This document shows, in pieces, positions 58,876 through 64,000 of a DNA stretch of 64,000 bases; the first letter of the stretch is position 1, and every line of letters starts with the position of its first letter. This DNA is from an uncultured Rikenellaceae bacterium. Lineage in GTDB: Bacteria > Bacteroidota > Bacteroidia > Bacteroidales > VadinHA17. The position numbers and the translations under genes are program-made. The notes under the pieces are model-generated. The model was not told the DNA's origin. It made no database searches and saw only the letters and a program-made list of their open reading frames with translations. The DNA lies in assembly GCA_964429295.1 (NCBI GenBank), contig CAYSBL010000001.1, positions 178,528 through 242,527 on the forward strand, in the 5' to 3' direction.

Positions 58876-61032
58876 TTATTGTGATATCATTTCCCCTTTA
58901 AGCCTTATATCTGATGACGATGATCCCACAAGGATGCTGATCTTCCCCGGTTCAAGTGTCCATTCACCCTTCTCAGGATTCCAGTATGCAAGGTCAGATC
59001 CTTTCAAAGGTATGGTAACTACACGCGATTCTCCCTTCTTCAGGCTTACCCTTGCAAATCCCTTCAGGGCTTTAGCCGGACGCTCAACCGCGGAACCGGG
59101 AAAACTGACGTAAATCTGCGTCACCTCGTCGCTGTCGTAACTTCCTGTGTTCTGAAGGGTGAAACTGACATTGACCTGTCTGTCAATGCCAATGGTTTTA
59201 CTGTCGGTTTTCAGCCCGGAATATTTGAAGGTAGTATAGGTAAGCCCGTGTCCAAACGGGAAAAGCGGCTCACGCTTATCATACATGTATGTCCTGCCGT
59301 TTCTTATGTTGTAGTCGAGTATTGGCGGGAGATGGTCTATCGATGCGCTCCAGGTCTGAACCAGCCTGCCCGAGGGACTTTCCTTTCCGAATATGATATC
59401 CGCCACCCCATTTCCGAGTTCCTGGCTCGACTGTGAAACATGAAGTATTGCCGGAATATTTGCTTTCGACCAGCTTATCGAATAAGGAAAACTTGAGACA
59501 ACGACAAGCACCGTTCTCGGATTCGCCTGGTAAACGAGCTTCACAAGGTCTTCCTGTTCAAGTGAAACAGCCTGCCTGTCCACATCTTCACGGCCGTCGC
59601 TCGGAACATGGTTCTGACCCCAGCCCAGCCCGTAGCTGAGCGGATGATTCCCGACGCAGACTATTGCCACATCGCTTTCCCTTGCTGCAATAACTGCCGA
59701 ATCGGCCTTGTTGCTCATTGCAAACCTTACCATTACATCATCTCCAAGAAAATCCCTGATCCCTTTTACAATACTCACACTGTAGGGAGGGGTCCCTGAA
59801 TACCAGTCCGAAATCACCTTGTTTGCAGAAGGTCCGATCACAGCCACTGATTTTACCGATCCTTTATTCAAGGGAAGAAGTGAACCGCTGTTCTTCATAA
59901 GCACAACGGATTTCCTGGTTGCCTCACGTGCAAGTTCCCTTGCCTCGATCCTCGTCCATGGTGCTATCGTGTCATTCACCCCTATTCCGGCATACGGATC
60001 GTTGCCGGGCGGGTCGAGAAGCCCAAGTTTAAGAAGCACTCTAAGGTTGCCGTAAATGGCTTCATCAATTTCCTTTTCTGTAACAAGGTTCTTTGCAATT
60101 GCACCCTTTATGGCTGCCATATAGTTATCGAGAAAGACCGTTATTCCGGCTTTGATGCATTCTGCAGCTGCCGTGTCCGGTGAAGAATAATATGCATGTG
60201 TTGACATCAGCTGTCCAAAGGCTCCTCCGTCGGTGCAGATTATCCCCCTCAGGCCCCAGTCGTTCATGGTGACGTTCCTGAGAACAGGATGAACCGTACA
60301 GGGGATGCCGTTGTACTTGTTGTATGCTGCCATGAAGCACTGTGAACCGCCTTCTGTGACTCCCTTCCAGAAAGCATACGAATAGTATTCCCTGAACAGG
60401 CGGTCGTCAAAATCGCTGCTGTTGTAAGTTCTGTTGTTCTCATTGCTGTTGGCAAGGAAATGCTTCATCAGCGAGGCTGTTTTCCAGTAAACCGGATGGT
60501 CTCCCTGCAGCCCTTTTACGAAGGCCGTAACCAGCGTAGCATTTAGAAAGGGATCCTCACCGAAACACTCCTCGGTCCTTCCCCAGCGGATATCCCTTCC
60601 CATATCGGCATTCGGTGCGAACACCACCAGTCCGGACACTCCGAACCTTTTATTCTGGGCAAGATAACGGGCTTCGGTTGCCTGCCAGTCAGCAATCTTC
60701 TTCATCATTCCGGGATCCCACATCTGGGCAAGCCCGATAGCCTGGGGAAATGTTGTTGTCGGGGAAGCCTTAGGGCCTTTCACTGCCCAGTTGGCCGGAC
60801 CGCTGTAGGCAAGCCCGTGAAGGCCTTCTATCGTCCTGGTGCCCTGGACACCGAGACGCGGAACCGATATCCGTGTCGAAAGGCACTGAAGCTTTTCATC
60901 GGAAGTCATCAGCGAGATCAGGTTCCTGATCCTTTTATCCTCAGGCAGATTCCTGTCCTGAAATGGATGACTCTGGGTGCTGGCATTAAAAAAAATACAA
61001 ACCAGAAACAGAATAACCGTAAGTCTTTTCAT
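58876..61032 (-). CDS. Glycoside hydrolase family 3 (beta-glucosidase/beta-xylosidase type)
   Basis: Signal MKRLTVILFLVCIFFNASTQ. It has the GH3 motifs (LMTSDEKL, GRDIRWGRTEE.FGEDP, KHFLANS, ICTDGGA) and a C-terminal Fn3-like domain. The track start at 61074 is an upstream extension, and the ATG at 61032 is preferred. Confidence 0.88.
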   Translation of the reverse strand: MKRLTVILFLVCIFFNASTQSHPFQDRNLPEDKRIRNLISLMTSDEKLQCLSTRISVPRLGVQGTRTIEGLHGLAYSGPANWAVKGPKASPTTTFPQAIGLAQMWDPGMMKKIADWQATEARYLAQNKRFGVSGLVVFAPNADMGRDIRWGRTEECFGEDPFLNATLVTAFVKGLQGDHPVYWKTASLMKHFLANSNENNRTYNSSDFDDRLFREYYSYAFWKGVTEGGSQCFMAAYNKYNGIPCTVHPVLRNVTMNDWGLRGIICTDGGAFGQLMSTHAYYSSPDTAAAECIKAGITVFLDNYMAAIKGAIAKNLVTEKEIDEAIYGNLRVLLKLGLLDPPGNDPYAGIGVNDTIAPWTRIEARELAREATRKSVVLMKNSGSLLPLNKGSVKSVAVIGPSANKVISDWYSGTPPYSVSIVKGIRDFLGDDVMVRFAMSNKADSAVIAARESDVAIVCVGNHPLSYGLGWGQNHVPSDGREDVDRQAVSLEQEDLVKLVYQANPRTVLVVVSSFPYSISWSKANIPAILHVSQSSQELGNGVADIIFGKESPSGRLVQTWSASIDHLPPILDYNIRNGRTYMYDKREPLFPFGHGLTYTTFKYSGLKTDSKTIGIDRQVNVSFTLQNTGSYDSDEVTQIYVSFPGSAVERPAKALKGFARVSLKKGESRVVTIPLKGSDLAYWNPEKGEWTLEPGKISILVGSSSSDIRLKGEMISQ

Positions 61033-61215
61033 TATCCAGATAATTAAAATAAATTCAATTCCAAATGCTGGCAATCACGGTGTAAAGCGGGCATGGACCA
61101 ATCTCAACCAATATTTCCCGATACTTTTTCATTAGTGCCTTTCCCTGATCCAATTCTCTTGTGACATCATCCGTCCACGATCGTAAATATACATCTGCAC
61201 CGCCTCATGTCAAAA

Positions 61216-62391
61216 TTATTCTGGAATCAGCTTTATTGCTCCCGCTGGACAAATAACGGCACAGGCTCCGCATCCTGTGCACAATTCCGGATGGATATGC
61301 GGCAGAGCCTCACTGCCAGCTTCTCCCGAACCAATGGAAAGTGCGTCATACCTGCACGAAACCTGGCACCTGTTGCATTCACGGTTGTTCGACAACCAGC
61401 ATTTATCAGGCTCAATCTCAGCCTTACCCATGATTATCCTCTTCTTGTCTTCAGGGCTGAAAAGTGATATGCTTCCCGAAGGGCATACCTTGCTGCACAG
61501 GTTGCAATCCTCGAGGCAATAGCCCTTAATGAACCTAACCTCGGGTGTCATGAAAGATATAAGCCGTGAAGCATCAAGATGATGAAAGAGGATATTTGTC
61601 GGGCACGATCTGATGCAATTGCCGCAGCGGATGCAGAGCGTGTTGAATGTATCTTCAGCCAGGGAACCGGGTGGCCGGATGAATGGTCTACCTTCAGGAT
61701 TAATTTGTTTTGGCAGAATTAATCCTGCGGCAAGGCCTGCACCAGCTGAAATAAAATAACGCCTGCCTGCTGAATAACCATGGCTGGATTTCTTTTCATT
61801 ACCGGATAGTGAGTGAACATTACTTCTCAGATCCCAGGCAACATTTTGAAGGCCTCCAAGGGGACATAGTTTTCCGCACCACAAATTTGGAAAGAAATAA
61901 TGAAGTGCAAGCAGAAGAGGAAATCCCGCCAGGGCAAGGATGCCGGCAAGTTCAGCATTCCCATCCAGGGATGTGAAGAATCCGTGAAAAATGGCCAGTG
62001 GATCGATGAGTATAAAAAGAGGCAGGCCCGCTGCAGCAGATGCAATTGAAAGAAGGGCTATCCACCGGCTGATATCCGGAAATTTCTTAAAAAAGGATGC
62101 TTTGAAAGGCGATATCCGGGAAATAGTATCACAGGGGTACCCGACCGGGCATAGATAAACACAGAAAAAACGTTTTTTAAAAAAGGCTGTGACCAGGACT
62201 GCCGCAGCAACAGTGTTAAGGAAAACAAAACTTTTGAGGGTCAGCACAGAATTAAGCATGATAAAAGGACTGAACCACAGATAGAAACCAGTGAATATAC
62301 CCCATGCTAATGGAAGGGCAAGCAACACGGCAAGCAGGGTTGATATTAAACGTATACCTGACGGACCGGTTTTGATCTTTATCCGAGCCAT
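61216..62391 (-). CDS. Membrane polyferredoxin: NapH-like N-terminal half (two CX3CP motifs) fused to a NapG-like 4x[4Fe-4S] C-terminal half
   Basis: The N-terminal half has several TM helices with FFCVYLCPVG and LWCGKLCPLG. An internal GRRYFISAGAGLAAG is followed by IRPPGSLAEDTFNTLCIRCGNCIRSCP. Further clusters are CLEDCNLCSKVCP, CNRCQVSCRYD and CTGCGACAVICP. Confidence 0.7.
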   Translation of the reverse strand: MARIKIKTGPSGIRLISTLLAVLLALPLAWGIFTGFYLWFSPFIMLNSVLTLKSFVFLNTVAAAVLVTAFFKKRFFCVYLCPVGYPCDTISRISPFKASFFKKFPDISRWIALLSIASAAAGLPLFILIDPLAIFHGFFTSLDGNAELAGILALAGFPLLLALHYFFPNLWCGKLCPLGGLQNVAWDLRSNVHSLSGNEKKSSHGYSAGRRYFISAGAGLAAGLILPKQINPEGRPFIRPPGSLAEDTFNTLCIRCGNCIRSCPTNILFHHLDASRLISFMTPEVRFIKGYCLEDCNLCSKVCPSGSISLFSPEDKKRIIMGKAEIEPDKCWLSNNRECNRCQVSCRYDALSIGSGEAGSEALPHIHPELCTGCGACAVICPAGAIKLIPE

Positions 62392-63728
62392 GCGCCTTGT
62401 TCAGTGAGAAGGGTTTTCAGTTCTTTCGTATTAACATCCCGGGCTCTTATTCCTTTTTTTGAAGCAATGGCAGCTGCCGCACCCGCTCCGTGACCGGTTA
62501 CCAGGCAGGTTCCTATGATCCGGGTATCTTCAACGAGGTCTCTTTCAAAGCAGAAGCAACGGCCCGCAACAATCAGGTTCTCTGTACTACGTGGCAGCAA
62601 GGAGCGGTAAGGTATCTGCCAGTAGGGCCTCTCATCAGGTTTTACGGCCCTGCCTTTGTACATCATTGTTGTCCATGCACCGCTTATGCCTATAGCATCG
62701 GGGAAAGCCTTGAATGTCATTGTGTCTTCAAGTGTCAGCCTGTATTCACCGTCCAGAATACGCGACATCCTTACTCCCATCTGTGAAGCTGTATCGACCA
62801 GAAAAACATCCTCAAATCCCGGCGTGGAACGTATTCTCTGAGTCTTCTCCCATATCTCCTTACGGTAATCCATCTGGAGCTTTGAAAGGTTCAGAACATC
62901 CACTCCATTCTGATCGCGACGACCCTGCATGTTTACCCAGTTAACGCTTTTAATTGGTGTGGGGCTTCCCAGATCAAGGCCCTCGGGAAGCGCTGAAGGA
63001 TCTTTTATCCTGTCGATATTACCGAGCCTGTGAACAAGACCTATATGGTAATTCATCATGTCGTATTTCTCACCTGCAAAATGATAGATATCGCCGTCGC
63101 CGGTACAGTCAACCACTATTTTTGCAAGTATTGCCATCCTGCCTGATTTGCTTTCAATGAATACTCCCCTGATGACATTATCTTCCATTATTGCTCCCGT
63201 TGCCCAGGCATGGTACAGCATTTTGACTCCCGATTCACTTATCATCTCATCCAGCACATATTTGGCTGCTTCGGGGTCAACAACGGGATTCACCTCGGAT
63301 ATTGACATGCCGAGGTCTTTCAGCCTCTGGGACATTTCTCCCCCAATGCCAAATATGACCTGTTTTCTGCGGTTCCGCCTGTCAACTGCATGGGTTGAGA
63401 GAAGCGGCAGGACCAGGCCGCCTGTCCACAGGCCGCCCAGATGGTTGTACCTCTCTACAAGCCATGTTTCGGCTCCCGCCCTGCTTGCAGCGATAGCAGC
63501 TGCGGTTCCTGCAGGGCCTCCGCCGACAACAAGGACATCCGTCTCGGTAAGGACGGGTATCTGCCTTGCAGGTTCCGTTATGGTCCTGCCTGACAGTCCC
63601 GCCAAAGCTGGTTCAGGAACAGGTTTTTTGTCATCTGACTGAATGGGAAGGTCCCGTCTGCAGCCGATACCAAGGCTTATAGTGCCTCCTGCAATCAGAG
63701 CTTTTGTAAGGAAGTCTCTTCTTCTCAT
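62379..63728 (-). CDS. TAT-exported FAD-dependent oxidoreductase (lipoprotein-type signal)
   Basis: MRRRDFLTKALIAGGTISLGIGC, then the dinucleotide fold VLVVGGGPAGTAAAIAASRAG. 449 aa. Its stop overlaps the start of the polyferredoxin gene by 13 nt. Confidence 0.75.
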   Translation of the reverse strand: MRRRDFLTKALIAGGTISLGIGCRRDLPIQSDDKKPVPEPALAGLSGRTITEPARQIPVLTETDVLVVGGGPAGTAAAIAASRAGAETWLVERYNHLGGLWTGGLVLPLLSTHAVDRRNRRKQVIFGIGGEMSQRLKDLGMSISEVNPVVDPEAAKYVLDEMISESGVKMLYHAWATGAIMEDNVIRGVFIESKSGRMAILAKIVVDCTGDGDIYHFAGEKYDMMNYHIGLVHRLGNIDRIKDPSALPEGLDLGSPTPIKSVNWVNMQGRRDQNGVDVLNLSKLQMDYRKEIWEKTQRIRSTPGFEDVFLVDTASQMGVRMSRILDGEYRLTLEDTMTFKAFPDAIGISGAWTTMMYKGRAVKPDERPYWQIPYRSLLPRSTENLIVAGRCFCFERDLVEDTRIIGTCLVTGHGAGAAAAIASKKGIRARDVNTKELKTLLTEQGAWLG

Positions 63729-63741
63729 AATAATGTTTTAT

Positions 63742-63749
63742 CAAATATA
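63742..63749 (-). promoter_or_regulatory. Candidate -7 promoter box (TATATTTG on the minus strand) directly upstream of the FAD oxidoreductase gene
   Basis: The plus strand reads CAAATATA, which is TAnnTTTG on the minus strand, 14-21 nt upstream of the ATG at 63728. This would give a very short leader. Confidence 0.3.
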
Positions 63750-63760
63750 ATCCAACTTTT

Positions 63761-63902
63761 CTTCTCTGTGGTTCCCCGTGTCCTCCGTGGTTAAGTTCTT
63801 ATCTCACCACAGAGAACACAGAGGGTCACAAAGGTTAATCCTTTTCATGCTTTTATTCTTTTTCTTTTCTTCTCTGTGCTTCTCCGTGCCCTCGTGGTTA
63901 AT
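63761..63902. repeat. Cluster of three copies (direct, inverted, direct) of a ~33-nt CTTCTCTGTG...CCGTGGTTAA element
   Basis: Copy A (63761-63795) is CTTCTCTGTGGTTCCCCGTGTCCTCCGTGGTTAAG. Copy C (63869-63902) is CTTCTCTGTGCTTCTCCGTGCCCTCGTGGTTAAT. Copy B (63803-63838) is inverted (CTCACCACAGAGAACACAGAGGGTCAC...). A and B can pair over 11 bp (63762-63772 with 63806-63816). Confidence 0.65.
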
Positions 63903-64000
63903 TTTTTCTCTTCCCAAAAAGCCGGGTAATCTTCGGAAACCACATCGGCACTTCATTCATGTAATCCCTGTATTCTTTACCGAAATGTTCAAGGAGGATT
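63898..64000 (-). CDS. C-terminal fragment of an isoprenylcysteine-carboxyl / phospholipid methyltransferase-family membrane protein (gene enters from beyond the window)
   Basis: The reverse-complement frame gives ILLEHFGKEYRDYMNEVPMWFPKITRLFGKRKN-stop. The E..FG.EY..Y...VP....P pattern is the usual C-terminus of ICMT/PEMT-type methyltransferases. The fragment is short, so this is tentative. Confidence 0.45.
   Translation of the reverse strand, partial: ILLEHFGKEYRDYMNEVPMWFPKITRLFGKRKN

Noticed and set aside
61033-61074. Upstream alternative-start extensions of several ORFs (GH3 at 61074, rlmN at 2745, ftsE at 12505, the TPP enzyme at 18450, the NYN protein at 23194)
   Set aside because: The extensions begin at TTG or GTG codons and add residues that disrupt otherwise canonical N-termini or signal peptides. 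Downstream ATGs fit better, and at 18463 a -7 box lies inside the extension.
63148-63642. 164-aa ORF antisense to the FAD oxidoreductase
   Set aside because: It is a low-complexity S/P/A/T-rich translation opposite a gene with a clear TAT signal and dinucleotide fold. It is a shadow ORF.

Overview
The window is a contiguous chromosomal segment from a Bacteroidota-type genome. Supporting signs are the sigma-A N-terminus [15 protein letters not shown]..., TAnnTTTG -7 promoter boxes, many lipoprotein or TAT-exported glycan enzymes, and a mitochondrial-type aconitase operon. About 50 protein genes are tightly packed on both strands. I found no rRNA, tRNA, CRISPR array, transposase or integrase by eye.

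- **Left third (1-24.7 kb):** mostly housekeeping and envelope genes (rpoD fragment, htrA, dapF, rlmN, dacB, gyrB, a giant TPR protein with a porin-like barrel, ftsE, an LTA-synthase-like protein, a DPP-IV-like peptidase, a bTHX ribosomal protein with a long K/E-rich tail, and an NYN/RRM/CSD RNA-binding trio).
- **Middle (24.7-49 kb):** an accessory-looking carbohydrate and oxidoreductive region. It holds a GntR-controlled operon that mixes a 2-oxoacid-dehydrogenase E2 and a fused E1 alpha-beta with two class II aldolase-fold proteins, HAD and PHP-like phosphoesterases and several dehydrogenases. It also holds GH88, exported RraA-like and TAT-signal enolase-superfamily enzymes, kdgK, and a ribokinase / nucleoside hydrolase / ADP-ribosylglycohydrolase set.
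- **Right part (49-64 kb):** a co-directional proB-proA-acn-icd-gltA block, two glycosidases, and a TAT-exported flavoprotein translationally coupled to a fused NapH/NapG-like membrane polyferredoxin. I consider this last pair the most novel-looking module.

Several short structured intergenic repeat families are also present. All calls come from reading the sequence and from remembered family motifs. No database search was run.
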